Of a stretch of 64,000 bases of DNA, positions 10,447 through 19,759 are shown piece after piece. Position 1 is the first letter of the stretch. Each line of letters begins with the position of its first letter. A program made the translations under genes and the position numbers. The notes beneath the pieces were generated by a model that was not told the DNA's origin, made no database searches, and was given only the letters and a program-made list of their open reading frames with translations. Source of the DNA: an uncultured Gammaproteobacteria bacterium (GTDB taxonomy: Bacteria; Patescibacteriota; Patescibacteriia; Magasanikbacterales; UBA922); NCBI GenBank assembly GCA_964597575.1, contig CAZQXB010000001.1, positions 128,964 through 192,963 of the forward strand. Direction: 5' to 3'.

Positions 10447-11322
10447 ATGCAGAAAGTCCGTAAGGGAGTCATTATTGTTGCGGGGCTCGGGACCCGTTTT
10501 TTGCCTGCAACAAAAGCCATGCCAAAAGAAATGTTGCCGGTACTCGATAAGCCAGTACTTCAGTTTATTGTTGAAGAAATGTGTGCCAGTGGCATTACGG
10601 AGATCATGTTTGTGACGAGCTCACAAAAGCGGGCAATTGAAGACCATTTTGACCGTGATCGTGATTTTGAACGGTATTTAGAGGAAAAAGGGAAGTTATC
10701 TGCTATTCAATCTTTGCTTGATTTAACTAAGAAAGTCCGTTTTTTTTATACTCGGCAGTCAGAACCTTTGGGCAATGGCCATGCTCTGCTTTGTGCTAGA
10801 GAGTTTGTTGGGAATGAGCCATTTGCTTTTTCAGATGGCGACAGCATTATTGATGCTAAAACACCGGTTATTACACAGCTTTTGAGAATTTTTCAAAAAG
10901 AAGAGGCTACGGTGATCGGGGTGCAGAGGCTTACCGACCCAAAAGCTATGACTGTATATGGTAATGTCTACGGAGAGCCTACCAAGACAAAAAAGACGTA
11001 CCGGGTAAAAAAACTTGTAGAAAAACCAGTAGTTTCGGCGGTTTCCCCAGAAGGGCTCATTATTGGTGGAATGCGCTATATTTTAACCAAAGACATCTGG
11101 CCTTTTCTTGAAAGCAGTTCTCGAGGAAAGGATGGAGAAATATGGTTAACCGATGCGGTGCACGCTATGGCTCAAAAGAAGCGGCTGTACGCATATGAAT
11201 ATGAAGGTACCTATTTCGATACCGGAAATAAACTGGCTTTGCTTAAAACCACTATTCATTTCGCCATGAAAGACGAGGCAATGAAACAAGAATTGTGGAG
11301 AACTTTACAAAAGTATGCGTAA
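10447..11322 (+). CDS. galU: UTP--glucose-1-phosphate uridylyltransferase
   Basis: 'AGLGTRFLPATKAMPKEMLPV.DKP', 'RQSEPLGNGHA', 'GEIWLTDA'. Confidence 0.92.
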   Translation: MQKVRKGVIIVAGLGTRFLPATKAMPKEMLPVLDKPVLQFIVEEMCASGITEIMFVTSSQKRAIEDHFDRDRDFERYLEEKGKLSAIQSLLDLTKKVRFFYTRQSEPLGNGHALLCAREFVGNEPFAFSDGDSIIDAKTPVITQLLRIFQKEEATVIGVQRLTDPKAMTVYGNVYGEPTKTKKTYRVKKLVEKPVVSAVSPEGLIIGGMRYILTKDIWPFLESSSRGKDGEIWLTDAVHAMAQKKRLYAYEYEGTYFDTGNKLALLKTTIHFAMKDEAMKQELWRTLQKYA

Positions 11323-11908
11323 TTTTCGCCTCTTGAAGATTGTATTTGCCGGAAGCTTTATTTTGGGAAATATTGTTCCGAGTTTTCTTTTTGCCCAAGA
11401 AAACATGAGTCCAGGGCCGGTTATGAGTGAGCCGGGCGACAGAGCGGTAAACGAAACGGTAACAGCATACTGCAATGAAAAATATGAGAAAGATATAAAA
11501 TACGGATGTGAATTAACAACGTTTAGTGATAGCCCGAACGCGCCAGCCGAGTGTAAAGCCTCTTTTTTAAGAGAGTGTATTGCTCAGAGAAACGAACTTG
11601 AGCATGATATAGAAGTCGCAGGTGAAGCGCCGGCTGCGTATGTTCCACGAGGGGCAGGTAGCCTTAATATTCTACAAACCACAAGCTTGACCGGTGCATT
11701 GGGAAAAATTTTAACGACCATCATTGGAATTGTTGGTTCCATAGCGCTTGTCATGTTCATCTATGGCGGGTTTTTGTGGATGACGTCTCAGGGGAACAGC
11801 GATAAGGTAAGCCAGGCAGTGCGAATTATGGTTTGGTCTTCGCTTGGGGTCATGGTTATTTTATCGAGTTACGCCATTGTCGACTTTTTGTTTGGAGCTT
11901 TTGGCTAA
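11315..11908 (+). CDS. TrbC/VirB2-like pilin with N-terminal Cys-containing domain
   Basis: Signal peptide; core 'IYGGFLWMTSQGNSDKVSQA...SLGVMVILSSYAI'. Confidence 0.75.
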   Translation: MRNFRLLKIVFAGSFILGNIVPSFLFAQENMSPGPVMSEPGDRAVNETVTAYCNEKYEKDIKYGCELTTFSDSPNAPAECKASFLRECIAQRNELEHDIEVAGEAPAAYVPRGAGSLNILQTTSLTGALGKILTTIIGIVGSIALVMFIYGGFLWMTSQGNSDKVSQAVRIMVWSSLGVMVILSSYAIVDFLFGAFG

Positions 11909-11921
11909 TCTACTCAAGCTT

Positions 11922-13298
11922 ATGTATAAACGTCTTGTCAGTTTCTTTCTCCTTATCGCCACGCTTGTGGTTGGTGGTTTGGGGTGCAAAGGGCTCACTC
12001 AAGAAGAGGTACAGGCGGTTCGCCCAGTTCGTTTGCAATACTGGACCGTATATAACAATGTAGAGGAGCTCCGGGCACTTGCAGCAGAGTATAAAACACT
12101 CCGTCCCCATGTGACCGTCGATATTCGACGTCTTCGATTTGATGAATTTGAACGGGTACTCTTGAACGCTCTTGCTGATGATGCTGGCCCAGATATTATT
12201 TCTGTTCGGAATACCGATCTTCGAGGAAAGGTGTCACGTCTCTCAGCAATGCCAGCGAGTGTTACCATGGCTCGCCTTGAGGTAAAAGGGCAGTACGCAA
12301 AAGAAACCGTGGTCACTCAAGAGGTAGTTCCCATGCCAACAAAACAAACCATTGAGAGTGTGTACGTTCAGGCCGTTCCACAAGATGTGGTGATAAGTAA
12401 CAAAATCTACGGGCTGCCCCTGGCCATAGATACACTTGCACTTTATTATAATAAAGACCTTCTCGATGCGGCCGGCGTGCCTCTTCCTCCAAAAACCTGG
12501 CCAGAACTATTCGAGGCGGTAAAGAAGGGGACAAAGTATGATGCCGACGGAAATATTGTGCAGGCAGGCATAGCCATGGGAACAGGGGCAAATATCGACA
12601 ATGCCTTTGATATCATCTCCCTTCTCATGCATCAAACGAATGTTACCATTGCCGCAGGCCGTGAGGTACAATTCGCCAAAGGACTCGATAATCGGGCGGC
12701 GCCCAATCACCCGGCTATGCAAGTTCTTCGTTTTTATACTGATTTTGCCAGAAATTCCAAAGAAATCTATTCTTGGAATACCAGCATGCCAAATGCGTTC
12801 GAGTCATTCGTGCGCGGGCAAAGTGTGTTTTACTTGGGGTTTGCTTTTGATCGTGAGCGTATTCGAGCAGCAGCTCCACAGATGAATGTTGAAGTTGTGG
12901 CCGCGCCCCAACTTCCCGATGCTACTCCGGTCAATGTTGCAAACTACTGGGTTGAGAGCGTTCTTAAAAAATCAAAGCGCCAGAATGAAGCTTGGGATTT
13001 CATTCGGTTTATTACAAGTCCGCAAAACGTACTTCGGTATACCAAAGCATCACTTCAGCCATCACCCCTTCGAGCTCAGTTAACCGAACAGCTTTCCAAC
13101 CCGCTTTTAGTGCCGTTTACGAGTCAGGTTCTCACCGCAAAGAATTGGTATGAAGGGCGGAATATCGACGCGGTCCGAGCAGCTTTTGCAGATATGGCTG
13201 ATAAGTCGGTTGCGCCTCTTAAAGAAGAGGAAGATCAGTTGGTACGCGACGCAGGCCTGCTTCTTCGTACGGCTCAGATAACTCAACAAACGTACTAA
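11922..13298 (+). CDS. Extracellular solute-binding lipoprotein (sugar-binding family 1-like)
   Basis: Lipobox-like 'GLGC'; 'GPDII', 'YGLPLAIDTLALYYNKDLL', 'AWDFIRF'. Confidence 0.85.
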   Translation: MYKRLVSFFLLIATLVVGGLGCKGLTQEEVQAVRPVRLQYWTVYNNVEELRALAAEYKTLRPHVTVDIRRLRFDEFERVLLNALADDAGPDIISVRNTDLRGKVSRLSAMPASVTMARLEVKGQYAKETVVTQEVVPMPTKQTIESVYVQAVPQDVVISNKIYGLPLAIDTLALYYNKDLLDAAGVPLPPKTWPELFEAVKKGTKYDADGNIVQAGIAMGTGANIDNAFDIISLLMHQTNVTIAAGREVQFAKGLDNRAAPNHPAMQVLRFYTDFARNSKEIYSWNTSMPNAFESFVRGQSVFYLGFAFDRERIRAAAPQMNVEVVAAPQLPDATPVNVANYWVESVLKKSKRQNEAWDFIRFITSPQNVLRYTKASLQPSPLRAQLTEQLSNPLLVPFTSQVLTAKNWYEGRNIDAVRAAFADMADKSVAPLKEEEDQLVRDAGLLLRTAQITQQTY

Positions 13299-13301
13299 GA
13301 T

Positions 13302-14243
13302 ATGAAATATTTTTTACGAAAATGTTGTGTTATCGCACTGTGCGTACTCGGTTTTTTCACAACTTCTTCTTTTGTTCGCGCAGTAGGGGAAGACTGTTGT
13401 GTTCTCTATGAGGCTGACCGAGCTGTGAGTTGTCGCGTAAGTGGGGTTTGTAATGCTCAGACCACTGCTCAATACCCTGCAAGTACGAGTGAGATCGGAA
13501 ATCCGGGTGTTAGTTGCCGTTCGGAAAACGACGGTCAAGCGCGTATCAGGGTTTGCACCAAAGAAATAATTATATCGGAACGCTCTACGTCATGTGGCGC
13601 CGAAGCTTTATGTAACGAGGCTCTTGTTGAGTATGATAACTGTGAAAATTTATCTGTTTCAGGAGAATCAAATTCTTCATGCGCAAGAAATCCGAGATGT
13701 TTCGTCCTCCCTGGTGCGAACGGGATTACTTGTGTAAGTAAAGAAGACAGAAATCTCTGTAGTAAAATCACCGATGCCTCGCTCTGTGGGCCTGCGAGTG
13801 ATAACAGCATAAGAGGGGCGCGATTTTGCCGTTGGTTAAGTGGTCCAGAAGGGGCACGATGTGTCGGGGATGCTGAAGCCGCTGCTGCCGGGCGTTTATC
13901 AGGGGTAAAAAGCAGTGTCTTGCCCCAGTGCGCCATCCAAGGTACATGTCGAAGCATTCGCGATTTAGAAGATCTGGCTTTTAAAGTAGTTGAGTTGCTG
14001 TTTAGCATTATTGGTGCAGTCTCCTTTGCCTTTTTCATCTACGGAGGGGTGGTTATGATTTCTTCGTTTGGGAATAGTGATCAATTTTCGAAAGGAAAGG
14101 CAATCTTAGTGGCAGCGGTAACTGGTATTATCATCTCCTTCAGCGCGTATCTCTTAATCGGCTACTTGTTTACTCTGCTTGGTATTGAAGCGGGGTTACG
14201 AGGCGGTATCCAAGTAAGTTTTCTTTCCCATCTATGGCTCTAA
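13302..14243 (+). CDS. TrbC/VirB2-like pilin with large Cys-rich N-terminal domain
   Basis: Many Cys in the first ~220 aa; C-terminal core 'IYGGVVMISSFGNSDQFSKGK...VTGIIISFSAYLLI'. Confidence 0.72.
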   Translation: MKYFLRKCCVIALCVLGFFTTSSFVRAVGEDCCVLYEADRAVSCRVSGVCNAQTTAQYPASTSEIGNPGVSCRSENDGQARIRVCTKEIIISERSTSCGAEALCNEALVEYDNCENLSVSGESNSSCARNPRCFVLPGANGITCVSKEDRNLCSKITDASLCGPASDNSIRGARFCRWLSGPEGARCVGDAEAAAAGRLSGVKSSVLPQCAIQGTCRSIRDLEDLAFKVVELLFSIIGAVSFAFFIYGGVVMISSFGNSDQFSKGKAILVAAVTGIIISFSAYLLIGYLFTLLGIEAGLRGGIQVSFLSHLWL

Positions 14244-14824
14244 AACGCACCTCAAAGACATTTTTTATTTTGGTTTTAGGGCTCATTACCCTTAGTATTC
14301 CTTCCCAAATAGAAGCGGCAGTTTGTCGATATACGGAACGAGTATATATTGGAGTAGCGGGAACTCCAACTCGAGATGAGGCACGTTGCCAACCCCTCCA
14401 GGTAGGGGATACCACTGCCCAAAGTAACGAGTGTAGTAATCTCTGTGCCCCGGCAGGCAACGGCCTTCCTGGTACTTGTGTTGTTGATCAAACGGCATGC
14501 GATTCTGCTCCTTCAGGGGTTCAAGACGATAAACTAAAGGCGTACGTTATCTCCCTCCAAAACCCTCTGGGGTCAAAATATCAAAAAGATGCCGGGGTAC
14601 TCATTCCGGAACTCCTCGGAACCCTTATTAGTAATGCTCTTGGGCTGGTCGGCACTTTAACGCTCGTTGTATTCATTTACGGAGGCTTTGTTTGGCTTAC
14701 TTCTGCGGGAAATGAAGAGAAGGTGTCCAAAGGGACGCATGCTATGATGTATGCTGCGATTGGGATCTGTATTATTTTTTCAAGTTATGCTATACTGCAG
14801 TTAGTCTTTCAGGCCTTCAGATAG
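14234..14824 (+). CDS. TrbC/VirB2-like pilin with Cys-rich N-terminal domain
   Basis: Core 'IYGGFVWLTSAGNEEKVSKG...AIGICIIFSSYAI'. Confidence 0.75.
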   Translation: MALKRTSKTFFILVLGLITLSIPSQIEAAVCRYTERVYIGVAGTPTRDEARCQPLQVGDTTAQSNECSNLCAPAGNGLPGTCVVDQTACDSAPSGVQDDKLKAYVISLQNPLGSKYQKDAGVLIPELLGTLISNALGLVGTLTLVVFIYGGFVWLTSAGNEEKVSKGTHAMMYAAIGICIIFSSYAILQLVFQAFR

Positions 14825-14905
14825 AAACAGAAAAAGACTATCCATGTGATAATTTTAGGTAGTAAGGACTTTTATGAATCTGACTACACGAAAGGGGGTG
14901 AGTAC

Positions 14906-15355
14906 ATGACTCACGCAATGTCGAACGTCACTCGGTTTGGTTATATTCTTAGTACCATCGCCGTACTCGCCTTAGGAGTAGCGGTAACACCAGCTTTTGC
15001 TCAAGATAACACTGACCCACTCGGGGTTACTGCTTTTGAACAACCTGGAGTATCAAACCTCGGTAGCCGTCCTCTTGAACAAACAATTGGCGGTATTATC
15101 AACGTAGGCTTAAGCCTTCTTGGTATCGTCGCTGTCGTTATCATCTTAATTGGTGGTGCGAAGTGGATGACCGCTGGAGGAAACGAAGATAAAGTTGGCG
15201 AAGCTCGTCAATTAATCGTTTCTGGTATTATCGGTTTAGCGATCATTATGAGCGCTTGGGCAATCGCCCGCTTCGTCTTAGTCCGCTTAGGACAACAGAC
15301 TGGAGTAGCCGGTGCAAACGAAAACTACCAACTTGACGGACCAGTAGCTCCGTAA
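14906..15355 (+). CDS. TrbC/VirB2-like pilin, candidate major subunit
   Basis: SD 'AAAGGGGGTGAG', signal peptide ending 'PAFA', core 'GGAKWMTAGGNEDKVGEAR..I.SGIIGL'; own downstream terminator. Confidence 0.8.
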   Translation: MTHAMSNVTRFGYILSTIAVLALGVAVTPAFAQDNTDPLGVTAFEQPGVSNLGSRPLEQTIGGIINVGLSLLGIVAVVIILIGGAKWMTAGGNEDKVGEARQLIVSGIIGLAIIMSAWAIARFVLVRLGQQTGVAGANENYQLDGPVAP

Positions 15356-15375
15356 TCGTTTGTAGAAAATATGGT

Positions 15376-15406
15376 GTAGAGGGGCAGGGTTCCTGCCCCT
15401 TTCTAC
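15376..15406 (+). terminator. Intrinsic terminator-like hairpin after pilin 14906-15355
   Basis: AGGGGCAGG-GTT-CCTGCCCCT followed by TTC. Confidence 0.6.
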
Positions 15407-15479
15407 CAAAATTCGAGGGTTGAAATGTGGATACAGTCTACATTTTAGGACTTGAGCACTTTATACCTTCTCTTTCTCT

Positions 15480-15926
15480 ATGGTACGTGTGAAAACACTT
15501 TTTGGAGAGGCGAATAGAAAAAAAAGTTTTTTCCTTACTTTTTCTGCTCTCATTTTAGGTCTCGGCGTTTTTGTGTTTTCTGTTTCTCCGGTGTTTGCCG
15601 AAGGTGTTGATATTGGGATTGAGTATGCAGCCAGTTCCGGTTTACCCGATACCCCGCCCATTATCATTATTACCAACATCATCAATATCATTCTTGGGCT
15701 TTTGGGGATCATCACAACGGTTCTTATTGTGTACGCTGGATTTTTGTGGCTGACCTCTGCGGGGAATGAAGATAAAATTGATACTGCCAAACAGGTAATT
15801 AGCGCGGCTGTAATTGGGCTCATTCTCGTACTTTCTTCCTACACCATTAGCCGTTTTGCCCTTCGCGCAGTGTATAAGAGTACGACTGGAAATAACTACC
15901 CAACCCCGTATCTGTATAATCGCTAA
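15480..15926 (+). CDS. TrbC/VirB2-like pilin
   Basis: Core 'VYAGFLWLTSAGNEDKIDTAK..I.AAVIGL'. Confidence 0.8.
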   Translation: MVRVKTLFGEANRKKSFFLTFSALILGLGVFVFSVSPVFAEGVDIGIEYAASSGLPDTPPIIIITNIINIILGLLGIITTVLIVYAGFLWLTSAGNEDKIDTAKQVISAAVIGLILVLSSYTISRFALRAVYKSTTGNNYPTPYLYNR

Positions 15927-15934
15927 GAGTTTGT

Positions 15935-16777
15935 ATGAAGCGCCATCTTCGATGGACAATGATTGGGGTGGTTACAATCGTGGTTTTGTTTGGTGTTTCA
16001 TTGTTTGGTGAAACCGTGTTCGGGCAAACGCAAGCAGTGGATAAGCTTCGTCAAGGCGCCACAGAGTTGGTGGGAAAAACGCCCTTGCCAATCAGTAATA
16101 CGAACATAAGCACGTCACAGCTGCCCACGCTTATTGGTCGAATTATTGGAAACATTTTGTCGCTTCTCGGAATTGTCTTTTTTCTTCTCACCCTCTATGC
16201 AGGTTTGCTGTGGATGTTTGCCCGCGGCGATGAGTCAAAGGCAGGGAAGGCAGCAGACATTATAAAGGGAGCTATCGCTGGTCTTATTGTGGTGCTCGGG
16301 TCGTACGCGTTGACGAACTTGGTTTTCGATATTGTCGGTTTCCCTAATTCACAGGAGCCATCAGTACAAGAATCGGCCGATGCACCTCTTAGAAATCCAG
16401 GGACACGGCCAACGGGTGATCGAACGACCCCGATCGGAGGGCTTTGTGTCACCGACGAAGAGTGTGTGAATTTAGCGGTATGCCAAAATTCACGTTGTGT
16501 GGATTTATGTACAGCACAGCCACCAAGTGCCGGAGGTGGGTATGCATGCCGAGATGTGGCTTTGTGTGATGAACCAAGTATTGTGCGAAATTTATGCAGC
16601 GGAGGGGTGGATCGTGTCTGCTGTCGTGAAGCCGTGGAATTTCCTGATGAAGCCTGTCGTCGCCGAATCACTAGCGGCTCATTCTGTGTTGATCCGAACG
16701 GACAGCCGCACAACTGTGATGTGCACTCCACACGACTCACCTGTGACGCAGACAATTGCTGCAATTGGGGCAACTAA
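15935..16777 (+). CDS. TrbC/VirB2-like pilin with C-terminal Cys-rich domain
   Basis: Core 'LYAGLLWMFARGDESKAGKA'; C-terminal Cys-rich tail ending 'CDADNCCNW'. Confidence 0.78.
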   Translation: MKRHLRWTMIGVVTIVVLFGVSLFGETVFGQTQAVDKLRQGATELVGKTPLPISNTNISTSQLPTLIGRIIGNILSLLGIVFFLLTLYAGLLWMFARGDESKAGKAADIIKGAIAGLIVVLGSYALTNLVFDIVGFPNSQEPSVQESADAPLRNPGTRPTGDRTTPIGGLCVTDEECVNLAVCQNSRCVDLCTAQPPSAGGGYACRDVALCDEPSIVRNLCSGGVDRVCCREAVEFPDEACRRRITSGSFCVDPNGQPHNCDVHSTRLTCDADNCCNWGN

Positions 16778-16783
16778 TAACCT

Positions 16784-17494
16784 ATGCGTATGATATTTCC
16801 TTCCCGTTTCATTGTATCGTTTTTCGCAGGCTTTGTGGGTGCAGGTGTAAGCACTGCTACCGCGGTGTTCGCTCAGAGTGCGGGCGGAAATTTTGGTTTG
16901 AATGCAACCGCGGGTTCAGCAGGTTTAGCAAGCGGGGGAGCTACGTCATTGCCAGATTTTATCGGAAACTTGGTTGGTGTCGGCCTGTCATTCATCGGTA
17001 TCGTTTTTTTCATTCTCATGCTCTATGGTGGATTTTTATGGATGACCGCCCGTGGGAGTGAAGATCAGACCAGTAAAGCCATTGGTACCATTACGGCCGG
17101 AGCGATTGGGATGATTGTCATTATGGCTTCGTATACCATAACCAGTTTCTTGTTTAATAGTCTAACCCCAGGTGGAAGTAGTGCTCCTGGTCAATCATCG
17201 CAAGTGCTCGGCTGCAGAGCAGGAGAAGTAGGGCGGTGCACTTCTATTGGCGGCTGTGGAGCAGGGCGCGTAGAACAGAATATAAATGCTTGTCCGGGAG
17301 CGGATGAGTACCTCTGCTGCAGTGAGGATTCTTCAACCAATGCTCGACAGGTGTGGTGCTGCGTCGTCGGTGGAGACAATCCAAACCAACCAAATGATCC
17401 GGTTCAGATATATACGGTTGGAGAACCGCAAGAATGTACCAGTCGAGGAGGTAACGCAAGTTTCATTCCATTTGAAGATTGCACCGCTTCTTAA
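16784..17494 (+). CDS. TrbC/VirB2-like pilin with C-terminal Cys-rich domain
   Basis: Core 'LYGGFLWMTARGSEDQTSKA'; tail 'CTSIGGC...CPGADEYLCC...WCCV'. Confidence 0.78.
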   Translation: MRMIFPSRFIVSFFAGFVGAGVSTATAVFAQSAGGNFGLNATAGSAGLASGGATSLPDFIGNLVGVGLSFIGIVFFILMLYGGFLWMTARGSEDQTSKAIGTITAGAIGMIVIMASYTITSFLFNSLTPGGSSAPGQSSQVLGCRAGEVGRCTSIGGCGAGRVEQNINACPGADEYLCCSEDSSTNARQVWCCVVGGDNPNQPNDPVQIYTVGEPQECTSRGGNASFIPFEDCTAS

Positions 17495-17509
17495 GGCGTA
17501 TACTGCTTT

Positions 17510-17872
17510 ATGAGAAAAACTGCCATTTCCTTGAGTACACTCTTCCTGACCTTGCCAGTTCAAGTTTTGGCTGCACCAAAAATTCAAGATGCACGCAATT
17601 TTCTCAATCAAACGCACGCGCCAACGGGGTTGTCGCCGACAAGAAACGCGGTTGATATTGCAGTGCAGGTGATTCAGGTCGGCTTTGGTCTTGTTGGTCT
17701 CATCTTCTTTTGCCTTATGATCTACGCTGGGTTTATGTGGATTCTCGATCGGGGGAATGAAGAACGGGCAGCGAAGGCAAAAGCCACCTTTACTGCCGCA
17801 ACAGCCGGTGTTATCGTTATTTTGGCGGCCTACGCTATTGCGTCGTTTGTCACAGACTTTGTTTCAGGGTAA
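17510..17872 (+). CDS. TrbC/VirB2-like pilin
   Basis: Core 'IYAGFMWILDRGNEERAAKAK'. Confidence 0.8.
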   Translation: MRKTAISLSTLFLTLPVQVLAAPKIQDARNFLNQTHAPTGLSPTRNAVDIAVQVIQVGFGLVGLIFFCLMIYAGFMWILDRGNEERAAKAKATFTAATAGVIVILAAYAIASFVTDFVSG

Positions 17873-17889
17873 GCTTAACCCACATTCAT

Positions 17890-18252
17890 ATGATGAAAAA
17901 TCTTAAAAAGATATTCGTAGCAGTACTAAGCTTTGCTCCTGTTTCTGTGCTTGCTCAAGGGAACTTAGGGGATGCATCTGCCCGTTTAGGAAATGTTGGT
18001 CGTCGTGTGGGGGTTTCGCAGCAAGATTTACCAACATTGGCTGGAAATGTGATTAGTACGGCGCTTACCTTGGTCGGTTTGATTTTTCTTATTCTCATGG
18101 TCTACGCAGGATACTTATGGATGACCGCCCGAGGAGACGAAGGTCAAGTAGAAAAAGCCCTCGCGATTGTAAAGACGTGCATTATTGGGCTTATTGTGGT
18201 TATGTCTGCATACGCCATCACCTTTTTTGTTCTTAGCCGCTTTGGACGCTAA
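17890..18252 (+). CDS. TrbC/VirB2-like pilin
   Basis: Core 'VYAGYLWMTARGDEGQVEKA'. Confidence 0.8.
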   Translation: MMKNLKKIFVAVLSFAPVSVLAQGNLGDASARLGNVGRRVGVSQQDLPTLAGNVISTALTLVGLIFLILMVYAGYLWMTARGDEGQVEKALAIVKTCIIGLIVVMSAYAITFFVLSRFGR

Positions 18253-18522
18253 TATGTTTCATTCTCTTTTAGCGCGGGTAACGGTAACTGTCGTTGCGCT
18301 TTCACTTTGGCTTGTGCCAGTCGCCTTTGCCCAAAATCTTGGGCTCGATAAAGCAAGAACTGCAGCCGGAAGTGCGGGGTATAATCAATACACCACAGAA
18401 ACGACTTTTGCGGAAACCCTGGGAACCGTAGTCAAAGCGGCTCTTTCGTTTGTGGGCGTAATCTTCCTTATTCTCATGGTTTACGCAGGATACTTATGGA
18501 TGACCGCCCGAGGAGACGAAGG
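18088..18522 (+). repeat. 56-bp near-identical direct repeat (18088-18143 and 18467-18522) in adjacent pilin genes
   Basis: cttattctcatggtYtacgcaggatacttatggatgaccgcccgaggagacgaagg, one mismatch. Confidence 0.9.
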
Positions 18523-18646
18523 AAAGGTCGATAAAGCGACCGACATTATTCGCGCGGCAATTATTGGTTTTATTATCACGATGGGCGCGTATAGCATTAC
18601 AGCATTTGTTGTGCCTGCAATTTTAGAGAGAACCGTTGCTAACTAA
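18254..18646 (+). CDS. TrbC/VirB2-like pilin
   Basis: Core 'VYAGYLWMTARGDEGKVDKA'. Confidence 0.8.
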   Translation: MFHSLLARVTVTVVALSLWLVPVAFAQNLGLDKARTAAGSAGYNQYTTETTFAETLGTVVKAALSFVGVIFLILMVYAGYLWMTARGDEGKVDKATDIIRAAIIGFIITMGAYSITAFVVPAILERTVAN

Positions 18647-18650
18647 TTTT

Positions 18651-19175
18651 ATGATGAACTGGGGACGTGGAAAAAAAATACTCTTCACCATCTGTGCTCT
18701 TTTTTTAATGCTCCCGGTTTTTGCACAGGCCCAATCACTCCGAACAAATATCATGGATCAAATTCGGGTGGGAGGGGAAAGTGCGAGTTATAATTCTTCA
18801 GTAGATAATCCGCAAACATTTGCGGCTGGGCTTATACAAATATTTTTAGGCCTCTTAGCCACTATTTTTCTCATTCTTATCCTCATGAGCGGATACTGGT
18901 TGATTACGGCCCGGGGAGATGAGAGTAAGTATGATAAGGCACTCTCTACGATCAAGCGGGCGATCATTGGATTTACGCTTGTCATTGCATCATATGCGCT
19001 TGTTAGTTTGATTGCTCGGGTTATAGTTTCGAGCACCGTGCCGGATGTTGATAGGGTGCGTTGTGTACCAGATCGAAGTGTTCCAGGTACAATCGACACC
19101 AGTGCTTGCGCTCGGTTTATTGATGAATCAAGTTGTTTAGCAGCAGACATGTCCGATTGCTTATGGATGCCATAA
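18651..19175 (+). CDS. TrbC/VirB2-like pilin with short Cys-containing C-terminal tail
   Basis: Core 'MSGYWLITARGDESKYDKA'; tail 'C...CARF..ESSC.....DCLW'. Confidence 0.77.
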   Translation: MMNWGRGKKILFTICALFLMLPVFAQAQSLRTNIMDQIRVGGESASYNSSVDNPQTFAAGLIQIFLGLLATIFLILILMSGYWLITARGDESKYDKALSTIKRAIIGFTLVIASYALVSLIARVIVSSTVPDVDRVRCVPDRSVPGTIDTSACARFIDESSCLAADMSDCLWMP

Positions 19176-19180
19176 TTCGT

Positions 19181-19693
19181 ATGACCCACCCTATATCAAA
19201 AATACGTTGGCTTAGTACATTCGTAGGCTTTATCCTTTGTTGCCTCTTTTTGCCTACTTTTGTTTTGGCACAAAGCCCACTTTCTCCTTTTACTCCTCCG
19301 CCACCTGGTGCGCATATTGATACACAGACAGAAGCATTTCTCGGACAGCGTGGGGTTGGAACAGGAACAACGACGTATGATGTACGAAGTGTTGTCGCAA
19401 ACATTGTTCGGGGCGCAACCGGACTCCTTGGTATTATTTTTATTATATATGCCGTATACGGCGGGATGATGATTCTTACTTCTGCTGGGGATGAAGATAA
19501 AGTGGCTGTCGGAAAAAGTTCGATTCGCACTGCTACACTTGGGGTTTTAATTAGTTTTGGGGCGTATGCGATTACCACGTTTGTCACTTCAGCAATTTTG
19601 CGAAGTAGTGCGGCTACAAATGAACGCGAGAGCTTCATTGAGTTTAGTAGGGATCCTGATATAAATCTCGATCTTGATCCGAATGCACCATAG
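19181..19693 (+). CDS. TrbC/VirB2-like pilin
   Basis: Core 'VYGGMMILTSAGDEDKVAVGK'. Confidence 0.77.
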   Translation: MTHPISKIRWLSTFVGFILCCLFLPTFVLAQSPLSPFTPPPPGAHIDTQTEAFLGQRGVGTGTTTYDVRSVVANIVRGATGLLGIIFIIYAVYGGMMILTSAGDEDKVAVGKSSIRTATLGVLISFGAYAITTFVTSAILRSSAATNERESFIEFSRDPDINLDLDPNAP

Positions 19694-19717
19694 GTGTCGT
19701 TTCCTTAAATAGGAAAA

Positions 19718-19751
19718 AATAAAAGAATCACCGAAAGGCGATTCTTTTATT
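19718..19751. terminator. Bidirectional terminator between the pilin array and the glycosyltransferase
   Basis: AATAAAAGAATCACC-GAAA-GGCGATTCTTTTATT. Confidence 0.75.
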
Positions 19752-19759
19752 TATGATTG

